Source: Polyangiaceae bacterium
GTDB taxonomy: Bacteria; Myxococcota_A; Polyangia; Polyangiales; Polyangiaceae
Assembly (NCBI GenBank): GCA_044376115.1
Contig: JBILLK010000006.1
Span: 160,001-224,000 of the forward strand
Direction: 5' to 3'
Length of the DNA: 64,000 bases
Shown here: positions 49,973 to 59,401 of the stretch, piece by piece
How positions within the stretch are numbered: position 1 is the first letter of the stretch
How the letters are laid out: each line of letters begins with the position of its first letter
Position numbers and translations under genes: made by a program
Notes under the pieces: model-generated
What the model saw: only the letters and a program-made list of their open reading frames with translations
Told to the model about the DNA's origin: nothing
The model's database searches: none

Positions 49973-50685
49973 AGTTGACGGACGGGCTCTTGGGTTTGCT
50001 CGGGGACACGGCAGACCTGCCGCATCTCGAAGAGGCGCTCACCCACCCCAGCTATTCGAACGAGCTGCGCGGCACACCCGTTCAACCGGCATCGCAGGGC
50101 GTTCCTCGGCGCAACTATCAGCGGCTAGAGTTTCTTGGGGATTCGGTCTTGCAGCTCTGTGTCTCCGAGCGCTTGGTGAATGACTTCGAGGACGCACGCG
50201 AGGGGCAGCTCAGCTTCATGCGCGCCAACATCGTAAGCACCGACGCGCTCGCGGCGTTCGCGGCCAGCATCGACATCGGCCCGTGCCTGCTGATGGGTCG
50301 CGGTGCGGACGCCTCGAACGAGCGCGCGCAAACCTCGGTCCTGGCCGACGCAATCGAGGCGGTGCTCGGCGCCGTCTATCTGGACCGCGGGCTCGACGCT
50401 GCGCGCTTGATCGCGGGCCGCATCCTCGAGTCGGGTTTCGCCGACCGTCCCAAGGTGACCAGCCGCGATTCGAAGAGCGAACTGCAAGAGAAGGTCCAGG
50501 CGCTAGCGGGTGAACCACCGCGCTACAAAGTGCTCGGGATGCACGGTCCGGATCACGCCAAGGAGTTCGAGGTCGAGGTCGTGGCGCTCGGACGCAGTCT
50601 CGGACGCGGCCGGGGTCGCTCGAAGAAGGTGGCGGAGCACGCAGCAGCCCGGGCTGCGCTCTTCACGCTCGCCGAGACGCCATGA
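49969..50685 (+). CDS. rnc: Ribonuclease III
   Basis: Motifs ALTHPSY, QRLEFLGDSVL and ADAIEAVLGA, plus a dsRBD (KSELQE...GPDH). Confidence 0.97.
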   Translation: MKLTDGLLGLLGDTADLPHLEEALTHPSYSNELRGTPVQPASQGVPRRNYQRLEFLGDSVLQLCVSERLVNDFEDAREGQLSFMRANIVSTDALAAFAASIDIGPCLLMGRGADASNERAQTSVLADAIEAVLGAVYLDRGLDAARLIAGRILESGFADRPKVTSRDSKSELQEKVQALAGEPPRYKVLGMHGPDHAKEFEVEVVALGRSLGRGRGRSKKVAEHAAARAALFTLAETP

Positions 50686-51107
50686 GCGCGCTGCGAATGA
50701 ATCGACGAACGTGGCTCTCTGTCGCCGTTGGTTTGGGCCTAACCGCGGTCGCCCCCAGCGCGTTTGCAGGAACCTACTTGGACACCGCCACCTTGTTCGT
50801 CGGCAGCAATCGCAAGGACGCACAAATGTTGCGCAAGAAGCCAAGCGACCGCGATCTCGCGGTAGCCATCCACGCTGTGGCGAAGGCTCGCGCGACCGCC
50901 GCGGCCGAGATGAACGTGCCCGAAAAGGTCGCGAAGGCGCATCCACACTTTCTGCTGACGCTGGCCAAAGTCGAGCGAGCTGCCTTCTCTGCCTCCGAAG
51001 GCAACGTGAAGTCGCTATTTGAGCTGCTCGAGTCGGCCAAGACGGAAGAGACGTTGTTCCTCTCGGCGCTCAAAGAACTCGGCTATTCGCTGGGAGAAGG
51101 CGAGTGA
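50682..51107 (+). CDS. Exported hypothetical protein (Tat-like signal)
   Basis: NRRTWL, hydrophobic stretch and AFA cleavage site; overlaps both neighbours by 4 nt. Confidence 0.65.
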   Translation: MSALRMNRRTWLSVAVGLGLTAVAPSAFAGTYLDTATLFVGSNRKDAQMLRKKPSDRDLAVAIHAVAKARATAAAEMNVPEKVAKAHPHFLLTLAKVERAAFSASEGNVKSLFELLESAKTEETLFLSALKELGYSLGEGE

Positions 51108-51622
51108 AGCGGCTGCGCTTCGAGTCACCATCGACGCCGTTTCAGCTGGTGCTGATCGAGCCGGAGATCCCGCAGAATACCGGCAACATCGCGCGTCTCT
51201 CCGCTGCGACGAAGAGCCCGTTGCACCTCGTGGGTAAGCTTGGCTTTCGCATCGATGAGCAGGCAGTGCGACGAGCGGGCCTCGACTATTGGCACCTTGT
51301 CCAGCTGACCCACCACGCCGACTTCTCCGCGTTTCGTTCGGCCGTCGTAGCTCCCCGCTTGATCTGTTTTTCGGCGAAGGCCGAACAGAGCTTCGTCGAT
51401 TGCCAGTTCCAGCCGGGGGACGCGTTGGTGTTCGGCAAGGAGAGCGTCGGGCTCGCGGAGGAGCTGGTTCAGGGCATGCAACCGCACGTGTACGGCATCC
51501 CCACGGCGATCGACTCGGTGCGCTCGCTCAACCTGGCGAACGCCGTATCGATCGTGCTGTATGAAGCTCTGCGGCAAGTCGGCTGTTTGGGCAACGCACG
51601 CGCCGTGGAAGCTGCGCGCTAG
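51104..51622 (+). CDS. trmL: tRNA (cytidine/uridine-34-2'-O)-methyltransferase
   Basis: Motifs EPEIPQNTGNIAR, RAGLDYW, FGKES and RSLNLAN. Confidence 0.95.
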   Translation: MKRLRFESPSTPFQLVLIEPEIPQNTGNIARLSAATKSPLHLVGKLGFRIDEQAVRRAGLDYWHLVQLTHHADFSAFRSAVVAPRLICFSAKAEQSFVDCQFQPGDALVFGKESVGLAEELVQGMQPHVYGIPTAIDSVRSLNLANAVSIVLYEALRQVGCLGNARAVEAAR

Positions 51623-51665
51623 CGCGGCGCTGTACTCCCGCGCGCGTCTTGGCTATCGCTGCTTC

Positions 51666-52658
51666 ATGGCAACGGTCTTCAGCGGAATTCAGCCCACCGG
51701 AGAGGTTCACCTCGGCAACTACATGGGCGCGCTGCGCCAGTGGGTGAAGTTGGCGAACGAGGGCCATGATTGCATCTTTTCGGTGGTCGATTGTCACGCC
51801 TTCACCTTGCCATACGCCGCAGCGGACTTGCCCAAGCGCGTATTCGAGACGGCCGTGGCAGTGCTTTCGACCGGGCTCGACGAGTCGAAGGTCAACATCT
51901 TCGTGCAGTCGGACGTACCCGAGCACACTGAGCTTGCTTGGTACTTGAGCTGTGTTGCGCCGATGGGAGAGCTCGGTCGCATGACGCAGTTCAAAGAGAA
52001 GGGCGAGAACAAAGACAGTGTCGGTACCGGGCTCTTTACCTACCCGGTGCTGATGGCGGCTGACATCTTGTTGTACCGAGGCACGCTGGTTCCGGTCGGG
52101 CATGATCAGCTTCAGCACCTCGAGTTCGCTCGGGACGTGGCTCGCCATTTCAACCATCGCTTCAAGCGAGAGGTGTTCCCGGAGCCGAAGCCTTATCCGC
52201 TCACGCTGCGTATCCGCGGCACCGACGGCAACGAGAAGATGTCGAAGAGCCGCGGCAACACTATCGCCATGCTCGACACTCAGGCCACGATCTGGAAGAA
52301 GCTCAAGGGCGCCTTCACTGATCCGGAGCGCACCACCCTGGAGAAGCCGGGGCGTCCTTCGGTGTGCAACATCTTCACCATGCACGGCGTGGTTACCCCT
52401 GCAGCGACGGTCACCGAGATCGAGGCCAACTGCCAGAACGCGACCATCGGTTGTGGTGCGTGCAAGAAGGTGCTGGCCGAGTCGTTGGAGACCGAGCTTA
52501 CGCCGATCCGTACGCGTGCCGCGGCACTGAACGCCGAGCCGGAGCGCGTGACCGAGCTGCTCAAGGTGGGCGCGGAGCGCTGCCGAACCCGGGCGAAAGA
52601 AACCATGGCCATCGTCAAGGATGCCGCCGGTGTGCGCGGCGCGCTGAGCCGGCCATGA
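51666..52658 (+). CDS. trpS: Tryptophan--tRNA ligase
   Basis: Motifs FSGIQPTG, HLGN, YPVLMAADILLY, VPVGHDQ and KMSKS. Confidence 0.97.
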   Translation: MATVFSGIQPTGEVHLGNYMGALRQWVKLANEGHDCIFSVVDCHAFTLPYAAADLPKRVFETAVAVLSTGLDESKVNIFVQSDVPEHTELAWYLSCVAPMGELGRMTQFKEKGENKDSVGTGLFTYPVLMAADILLYRGTLVPVGHDQLQHLEFARDVARHFNHRFKREVFPEPKPYPLTLRIRGTDGNEKMSKSRGNTIAMLDTQATIWKKLKGAFTDPERTTLEKPGRPSVCNIFTMHGVVTPAATVTEIEANCQNATIGCGACKKVLAESLETELTPIRTRAAALNAEPERVTELLKVGAERCRTRAKETMAIVKDAAGVRGALSRP

Positions 52659-53161
52659 AGCGTTGGGCGGCCTCGCAGCTTCGCCGGTTCGCGGCCTGGA
52701 TGCTGGTCGCAGTTGCGCTATCGCCGTTTGCGTTCGCCTGTCGTGAACCCCAGCCGAACGAGACGCCTGAAGGGGCGGTCCGCGCGCTTGTCGAGCACTT
52801 GAGGCAGCTCGACGGCTCGAACGATGAGGCAGAAAAGGCGCTCGAGCTGCTTTCGGCCGAGACAAAAGCAAACCTGCAGCTTCGTGCAGACCGCTATTCA
52901 GCTGCCAGTGGTAAACATATCCCAGCGTTTCGAATGCTTGCGCCGGCGAGCTTTCGCGAGGCCTTTGAGGCCGAGAAAATGGAAGCCGAAGTTCGGGGAA
53001 ACCAGGCTCTCGTCCGTGTGCACGGCCTGATCGAGCAAGATGAAGCGCTGATTCAGTGCGTGTTCGAAGAGGGCGGCTGGCGCGTTCATGTCCCTCTGCC
53101 CGCGCTGCCACCGGTGGTCGTTCGCACACGGGACGAGAAGCGCCCGAACCGCGGCAAGTAG
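52655..53161 (+). CDS. Hypothetical lipoprotein (NTF2-like)
   Basis: Lipobox AFAC, TPEGAVRAL and EEGGWRV; ATGA overlap with trpS. Confidence 0.65.
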   Translation: MKRWAASQLRRFAAWMLVAVALSPFAFACREPQPNETPEGAVRALVEHLRQLDGSNDEAEKALELLSAETKANLQLRADRYSAASGKHIPAFRMLAPASFREAFEAEKMEAEVRGNQALVRVHGLIEQDEALIQCVFEEGGWRVHVPLPALPPVVVRTRDEKRPNRGK

Positions 53162-53162
53162 C

Positions 53163-54497
53163 TCAGCCCTCGCGGACGGACTTGGTCACTTCCCCGGCGC
53201 GGACCAACGCCGTCTTGAGCAGCACCGGCCCGACGAATTCATGGATCGCTACGGCAGCGAGAGACAGCGCCCGGAAGGGGCCGCTGATCGACGGGAAGGC
53301 GCGCGCCACCACCTCGGTCAAGCCGATCGTCAGGCCGGCCTGCGAAATCAACGGAGCAAACGCCCACGTCCGCACGGTGGGTTCATCGTTCACGATGGCG
53401 CTGGAAGCACGCGCACTGAAGTAGGTTGCGAGCGCGCGTACGAGGCAAAGGCCAACTGCTACGAGCCCCATGTCCGCCAGCAGCGTTAGATCGACCTTGG
53501 CGCCGGCAACGGCGAAGAACACCGCAAATACGAGGATGCCCGTCTGGTGAATGGCCTCGAGTAGTTTGGACCCTTGCTCGCTGAAGTTGGCCACCACGAA
53601 GCCCGCCACCAGGAAGCAAAGCAGCGAGTCGAAGCGTACGTAGCGAATCAACTCGGAGAGCCCAACGCTCACCGCGAAGAGGAGAATCAAGTGGCTCCGT
53701 TCGGTGAGGCGAAAGTAGAGCGCGAGCACGATGCCCACACATCCGCCGAGCGTGACGCTGCCGAGCATCTCGAAGCCAAGCTCACGGATCTCCTGCAGCG
53801 ATAGGGTCATCGAAGGATCAAACAGCGGCTGAACGAGCGCGATTGCCACCGCCATCATCACGATCACGACCAGATCAGAGAACATCACGAACGCGAGCGA
53901 GAATGAGGCGAGCGGCCCTTTGGGCCTCAATTCGGAGAACACCCCCAACAAGACGGCGGGGCTGCGCGAGGCGGCGAGCGTGCCCCACAGCACCGCGATG
54001 CCGAGCACGGCGGTCTTCGGCAAACCGGCAAACGCCGTCCAAGGCGAGATCAGAAACAGCGCGGTGCCTGCTGCCAGCGGCACGACGAGATGCTGCAAGA
54101 GCGTCGCCCAGGTCAGACTGCGGCGGTTCTTGCGCAGCCCGTCAATGCGCAGCTCAGCTCCACCGGCGAGCGCGATCAGGGCCAGCGCGATGGTGTTGAC
54201 CGGAGCGAGCCCGACCACGACCGACGGCGCGATCAAACCAAGGACGTGGGGTCCCGACAGCAGTCCGCACAAGAGGTAGCCGGTGATGTGCGGTAACCCG
54301 AGCGGCTCGAGCAGCTCGGACATGAGCGTGCCGGCGAGCATCAGAAAGCCGAGCGCAGCGATCGTCTCGACGGTGGCGTTCTTCGCAGGAGAAATGCGCA
54401 CGGCGATCATCAGCACCAACGCTATGACCACCAACGCCGCGGCCTGAATCGGGCGCCTGCGTAGGTTGGTCGCTGCGGTGAGCGGGGGAGGGCTCAC
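53163..54497 (-). CDS. Cation:proton antiporter (CPA2-like)
   Basis: Motifs LPHITGYLLCG, GGAEL, SPA, FFAVAGA and QAG; about 12 TM helices. Confidence 0.85.
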   Translation of the reverse strand: MSPPPLTAATNLRRRPIQAAALVVIALVLMIAVRISPAKNATVETIAALGFLMLAGTLMSELLEPLGLPHITGYLLCGLLSGPHVLGLIAPSVVVGLAPVNTIALALIALAGGAELRIDGLRKNRRSLTWATLLQHLVVPLAAGTALFLISPWTAFAGLPKTAVLGIAVLWGTLAASRSPAVLLGVFSELRPKGPLASFSLAFVMFSDLVVIVMMAVAIALVQPLFDPSMTLSLQEIRELGFEMLGSVTLGGCVGIVLALYFRLTERSHLILLFAVSVGLSELIRYVRFDSLLCFLVAGFVVANFSEQGSKLLEAIHQTGILVFAVFFAVAGAKVDLTLLADMGLVAVGLCLVRALATYFSARASSAIVNDEPTVRTWAFAPLISQAGLTIGLTEVVARAFPSISGPFRALSLAAVAIHEFVGPVLLKTALVRAGEVTKSVREG

Positions 54498-55747
54498 GGC
54501 ACCGCACCTTTGGCGCGCACGACTCCGCTGCTTTTTGCGGGCTCGTGAAGTTCACCGGCTTGCTTGAGGGCGAAGCGTAAAGCGGGCGTGCCGAGCAGCT
54601 CCCCGGTGACCGTATTCGCCACAGCGATGAACAAGACCAGCTCACCGATTGGGCCCTTGATCGCCGCGGCACAGGCGAGACCCGCCGTGATCGAAAGGAT
54701 GCCGGCAGGTAGCAAGGCACCGCCAGCCGCCGCTGCATTGGTCTTTTGCGCCGATGAGTCGCGATGCCACCTTACGAGCAGTCGTCCCGAGAGCCCTTTG
54801 GCGAGCAATCGTGCTCCAACCGCTGCGACGGCGACGACCCAAAGCTCGAGCGACGGCGGGAGGCTCACGTACGCTCCCGCCAGAACCAAGGCAGGCAGCA
54901 TCGTTGGTCGTTCTGTGGGCTCCAACATCTTGCCGATTTCGATGCGTTGGGCAGATGCCAACGAGGCCACTACGCCCATCACGAACGCGACCCAAACCGC
55001 CGAGAGGCCGAGCTTCAAGCTGACGCCAACGCCGAGCAAGGTTGCACCGATGAGGATGCCCCAGCGTTGGCCCTTCCTGGGCTCGATGTTGAACAAGGCT
55101 GCGATGGTTACGCCCAACGCTGCGCCCAACAAGAGCGATACCCCGAGACTGAGCGCTGGCGACCAAGGCACTCCGGCGAGCGGCGTTGGGGTCGCTGAGA
55201 ACGCGGCGATCAACGCCAACAGCACCAAAGCGATGGCATCATCGGCTTCAGCCATCTCGCCAATGAAGGAGGTGAGCGGGCCCGTTGCGCCGTAGCGTTG
55301 CACGACCCAACGCACCGCATGCCGCGTGGTCTCCGCGCTCACAGCTCCGATGCCCAAGGTAAAGAGCACGAGCTGCGCTGGCGCGACCTCCTCCAACCGG
55401 CGCGCCACCAAGTTCGCGGCCAGCGCCGCGAAGCCCGCGGAGAGCACCGCGAGTCCGAGTCCGCGTGCCATCGTGCGGGTCGGCACACCGACGCCTCCGG
55501 CTGCGTAGCCGTAGTGACCGCCCGAAACGACCGCGAGCCAGCTCAAGGCGACTGCGTTGAAAGGTTCGAAGGTCGCTCGGGTCTCCGAGCTGATCAAGCC
55601 CAGGAATTTGGGGCCCAGCAACACTCCCAGAAGAAGAAACTCGGTCCCCGAAGGCAGCCCGGTCCCACGCAGCGCTCGGCCGCTCACGAGCATCGTTCCG
55701 AGGTACGCCAGGGCCATCAGGCCGGTCAAAACCAAGATCGGGCTCAT
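54494..55747 (-). CDS. Divergent cation:proton antiporter-like protein
   Basis: GTEFLLLGVLLGP and many TM helices; coupled to both neighbours. Confidence 0.7.
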   Translation of the reverse strand: MSPILVLTGLMALAYLGTMLVSGRALRGTGLPSGTEFLLLGVLLGPKFLGLISSETRATFEPFNAVALSWLAVVSGGHYGYAAGGVGVPTRTMARGLGLAVLSAGFAALAANLVARRLEEVAPAQLVLFTLGIGAVSAETTRHAVRWVVQRYGATGPLTSFIGEMAEADDAIALVLLALIAAFSATPTPLAGVPWSPALSLGVSLLLGAALGVTIAALFNIEPRKGQRWGILIGATLLGVGVSLKLGLSAVWVAFVMGVVASLASAQRIEIGKMLEPTERPTMLPALVLAGAYVSLPPSLELWVVAVAAVGARLLAKGLSGRLLVRWHRDSSAQKTNAAAAGGALLPAGILSITAGLACAAAIKGPIGELVLFIAVANTVTGELLGTPALRFALKQAGELHEPAKSSGVVRAKGAVP

Positions 55748-57546
55748 GCTGTGCCCACAGCACTTGGCGCGCTTTGGCGTGCTTCATTGATCAGCTTGAG
55801 CACGAGCTCTCGCTGCTCCGACTTGCGCTCGAGATGGACTCTATACGTTGCGGCGTGGGCCTCGAGGTCGATCAGCTCGAGTTGGGCGTCACCGAACTCT
55901 GCGCGCAGCAGGGCTACCGCGCGCTGTTCGAAGTCCCTTGTCGCGAGCCCGACTGGCAGCGAGAACTCTACGCGCTGACCGCGTTCAGCCGCGTGGATCG
56001 TGACGGCGCGCACCAAGCTCAGAAGGTGAGGCACCCGTACGTCGCGAGCTTGCGAACGCAACACGACGTCGAACAGGGTCACCTTGGTTATCTCGCCGCT
56101 GGCGTCCCCGATCGTTACGCGCTGACCCGCCTTGAGCCGACGCCCGAAGGCGACGTACACACCCAAGGCGCCGTTCGCGACGAGCGGCGTGCTCGCAAGT
56201 CCGAGCGTGATCATGCCAAGCAACCCTGCGCGAGCGAGCGCGCCCTCCGCGTGCCCGGTGAGGACGGGGGCTGCAAACACCAGCGTCAGCATCACGATGC
56301 CCAAGCGCGACAGGAACCGCGTGGGCTCGGCGAGATCCGCCGGAAGCCACGGTACCGAGGTGGTGCCATCGCGAACCGCCTCGAAGAAAAGTCCCACCAC
56401 GCGCAGCAGTAGCAACATCACCAAGCCGGCGATCGCTACCACCACGGTGATCGGCAAGGTCGAGACGACCCGCGTGGTCAGCTCGACGAACGGCTCGAGT
56501 ATCAGCGTATTGATTCGCTGCGTGTAGCCACGCGTCCCAACGAACTGATTGAGCGCGGCGATAATCCATAGGTAGACGACCGCGAACTGCAGCAGCCACT
56601 TCCCGATGCCGAGCGCCAACGCTGAGCCGCTTCGGACAGCCGCGGGCGTAAGCAGGGTCACGCTTCGAACGCTCAGCGCGGGCACTCGCTGCGGGTTTTC
56701 GTCGAGCCACGCGTTGGCGCGCTCAGTGAACTCACCGGTTTTGCGCAGCAAGTAAAGGACGATGACGCCGAACAGCACCACCATGCTGATCCCGAACAGC
56801 CTGCGAGCGAGCGCGTTGCGTGCCTTCTCCTTGGCGATCGCGCTACGCAGCTGGGCCGCAACCGCGTCCGCGTGAGCCTCGAGCGAGCTCTCGCCGTTCG
56901 CCACCGCGTCTTGTGGCCCAAGCTGAATGATCGGCGTTTGCCCGACGTAGATGACCGCAACCTCGACCCCGCGTTCAACGCGGACGTCTTCCTCGCCGCT
57001 TGTGTCGAATACCTCGCGGAGCGCCTTTTCGGCTCGCTTGGCCCGCAACTTCGCTTCAACGTCACCTGCATTGGCTCGGACCGAAAACGCCAGCGAATCG
57101 CCGAGCATGACGTCGGCCGGAGCGACGAGTACGGGTGGAGCTGCTGGAACTGGCTGCGAGGAGGGGAGCGGCGGCGTTGGAGGCGGTGGGGGCACCGAGG
57201 GCAACGCCGAAGCGCTTGGCTGAGCTACGTTGGGCCGCGTTGGCGCGGGTGCACGCGCCGACCCCGATTCCTGTCCCGATGCAGCGGTATTCGGAGGTTG
57301 CGCCGACGGCTGGGCAGCGTCCAAGGGCAGCGCTGAGCTCGAAGGTTGCGCCGAACTCGAGGGCAGCGCCGAACTCGAGGGCAGCGCTGAACTAGACGCT
57401 CTAGTCGAAGGCTGCGCTGAACTCGAAGGCCGAGCCGAAGTCAATGGCTGCGCTGACGCAGCTCCGTTCAAGCCGAGTGCGAGGCAGACGCCACAAAGAA
57501 TGGCCCGATAGCGAACCGAAGGAGGAGTCCGGGTCATTCTCGCCAC
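55744..57546 (-). CDS. MscS-family mechanosensitive channel with large periplasmic N-terminus
   Basis: Signal peptide, low-complexity linker, TM helices and MscS core (LKAGQRVTIGDASGEITKV...VRVPH). Confidence 0.75.
   Translation of the reverse strand: MARMTRTPPSVRYRAILCGVCLALGLNGAASAQPLTSARPSSSAQPSTRASSSALPSSSALPSSSAQPSSSALPLDAAQPSAQPPNTAASGQESGSARAPAPTRPNVAQPSASALPSVPPPPPTPPLPSSQPVPAAPPVLVAPADVMLGDSLAFSVRANAGDVEAKLRAKRAEKALREVFDTSGEEDVRVERGVEVAVIYVGQTPIIQLGPQDAVANGESSLEAHADAVAAQLRSAIAKEKARNALARRLFGISMVVLFGVIVLYLLRKTGEFTERANAWLDENPQRVPALSVRSVTLLTPAAVRSGSALALGIGKWLLQFAVVYLWIIAALNQFVGTRGYTQRINTLILEPFVELTTRVVSTLPITVVVAIAGLVMLLLLRVVGLFFEAVRDGTTSVPWLPADLAEPTRFLSRLGIVMLTLVFAAPVLTGHAEGALARAGLLGMITLGLASTPLVANGALGVYVAFGRRLKAGQRVTIGDASGEITKVTLFDVVLRSQARDVRVPHLLSLVRAVTIHAAERGQRVEFSLPVGLATRDFEQRAVALLRAEFGDAQLELIDLEAHAATYRVHLERKSEQRELVLKLINEARQSAPSAVGTA
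57326..57430 (-). repeat. Degenerate 18-bp coding repeat (PSSSAL/PSSSAQ)
   Basis: Recurrent GGCAGCGCCGAACTCGA-type units in the MscS N-terminal linker. Confidence 0.75.
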
Positions 57547-57592
57547 GACTGGCGGCCCATGGGACCAGCGTACATCAAAAGGACGAACGCCA

Positions 57593-57622
57593 AGCGCTCA
57601 GCGAATGACTCCGCTGAGCGCT
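57593..57622 (-). terminator. Hairpin downstream of cdnL (probable terminator)
   Basis: 11-bp inverted repeat AGCGCTCAGCG / CGCTGAGCGCT; the U-tract is weak. Confidence 0.55.
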
Positions 57623-57638
57623 CAGGTGAAAGCCGCCG

Positions 57639-58142
57639 TTAGTTAGAGAGGAAGATCGCTTCGATCTCGTTCTTGACGTCTTCTTCCGTCTGCCCACGAG
57701 CAATCGCAATTTCTTTCACGATCAGCGACCGGGCCTCATCCAACATGCGCTTCTCGCCGAACGAGAGCTGCTTGTCGGTCTTTAGACGGTAGAGGTCACG
57801 AAGCACCTCCGCTACGTCGTAGATCGAGCCGGTCTTGATCTTGTCCATGAAACCGCGGTAACGCCGATTCCACGTCTGCTTGTCAAACGCCACGGTGCGT
57901 TCACGAAGGATGTCAAACACCTCCTGAATCTCCTGGTCACTGATGAGCTGCCGAAGCCCAACAGCGTTGGCATTGCCGACCGGAACGCGGATTTTGCTGT
58001 TGTTCTGCAACAGCCGAAGCACGTAAAAGCGCTGCCGGTTACCCCCGATATCCAGCTCCTCAATGCCGATGACCTCAGCGACGCCACCCCGCGGGTAGAC
58101 TGCTTTGTCACCGACCTTGAACTGAATGGGTTGAGCCTGCAT
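57639..58142 (-). CDS. cdnL: CarD-family RNA polymerase-binding factor CdnL
   Basis: Motifs FKVGDKAVYP, TWNRRYR, KIKTGS and LSFGEKRML; there is no HMGA-like C-terminal extension. Confidence 0.9.
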   Translation of the reverse strand: MQAQPIQFKVGDKAVYPRGGVAEVIGIEELDIGGNRQRFYVLRLLQNNSKIRVPVGNANAVGLRQLISDQEIQEVFDILRERTVAFDKQTWNRRYRGFMDKIKTGSIYDVAEVLRDLYRLKTDKQLSFGEKRMLDEARSLIVKEIAIARGQTEEDVKNEIEAIFLSN

Positions 58143-58383
58143 AGCGTTTTCCTTTCCTTCGACCACCGAGCGGTGGCTCCAGCTCTCCCAAGGCGGAAAA
58201 CCTCTCGGAGCTGAATCTGAACTTCCGCCTATTCTCGGCGGTGAACGAACGTGTTAGCGCTTTAGCGCCCTGGATCAACAACTGGCGCGTCGGCGCATTC
58301 CGTCAAAAGCAGGACCCGAATTCAGATAGGACTCAGGCGCCGCAGCCGACGACTTGACTGCCTTTTTTGCGCCAAGCGCGCGC

Positions 58384-58412
58384 ACTGTAGCTAGTCCTTA
58401 GGGAACTGTCAA
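58384..58412 (-). promoter_or_regulatory. Near-consensus sigma70 promoter upstream of cdnL
   Basis: Minus strand reads TTGACA-gttccctaaggactagc (17 bp)-TACAGT. Confidence 0.7.
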
Positions 58413-58456
58413 CGCCCAATTGACGCAGCTGACGCACCGTTCCGAATCCGGCGGTG

Positions 58457-59401
58457 TCAGGCCGGGCTGAGCTCATCGGCGAGCCCCCAGCGCACGCCGC
58501 GATCTGAAACGAGCATGCTCTCGGCGCCCAAACTCTCGAGAACGCGCGCGCAAAGCAAGGCGCCCGCGACAATGACGTCGGCGCGCTTTGGGCTAAGCCC
58601 TGGGAGGAGGCAACGCTGCTCGAGCGGCGTCCTCTTGAGCAGCTCGAACACTCGATGGGCGCTCTCTGTCGAAAGCTCTGCGCCGTGAACACGCTTTGCA
58701 TCGTATGGATCGACGTTGTTCGCGATCGCCAGCAGCGTGGTAACTGTCCCGGCCACGCCCACGACCCGTACGCCTGGGCCAGCTTTCACTGGGTTGTTTG
58801 CCAGCGTTTCGGCGATGGTTGCCTCAAGCCGGCTGAGATCCTCGATGGAGACTGGATCCTCGCGCACGCAGCGCTCAGTCAACCGCACGCTGCCAATGTC
58901 GAGGCTAACCGCCTGAGCGACACGGCCGGAAGCAACGCCGCGAATGAACTCGGTGCTACCTCCGCCGATGTCAAAAACCACGACCTCCGTCGTTGGCGCC
59001 AGATTGAGGCCCGATAGCCCACCCTTGAAGGTGAGTCGGGCTTCCTCGTCACCGCCGATCACGCGCGGCTCAACGCCGAGAAGTTCGGCCGCTCGGACTC
59101 GAAATTGTTCTCCTCCGCGGGCGTCGCGCATGGCACTCGTACCCACGACATCCAAGCTAGTGACGCCTCTCGACCGAAGCTCCGCCGCGTATTCGGCCAA
59201 GCATTGGAGGGTCCGCTCGCAGGCCGCGGGCGACAGCTCACGGTTTCGATCCACACCTTCACCGAGTCGGGTGATGGTCGCGGCCTCGTGCACGGGGACG
59301 AGGCCTTCTGCGCTGCGGCGTGCCACGAGCAGCAGCACCGAGTTGGTGCCGATGTCGATGGTGCCTACGAGCTTGGCGTCGCTTGGGTCAAGCTCGGTCA
59401 T
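58457..59401 (-). CDS. ppx: Ppx/GppA family phosphatase (short form)
   Basis: Motifs IDIGTNS, TRLGEG, TSAMRDA, DIGGGSTE, RADVI and GVRWG. Confidence 0.92.
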   Translation of the reverse strand: MTELDPSDAKLVGTIDIGTNSVLLLVARRSAEGLVPVHEAATITRLGEGVDRNRELSPAACERTLQCLAEYAAELRSRGVTSLDVVGTSAMRDARGGEQFRVRAAELLGVEPRVIGGDEEARLTFKGGLSGLNLAPTTEVVVFDIGGGSTEFIRGVASGRVAQAVSLDIGSVRLTERCVREDPVSIEDLSRLEATIAETLANNPVKAGPGVRVVGVAGTVTTLLAIANNVDPYDAKRVHGAELSTESAHRVFELLKRTPLEQRCLLPGLSPKRADVIVAGALLCARVLESLGAESMLVSDRGVRWGLADELSPA

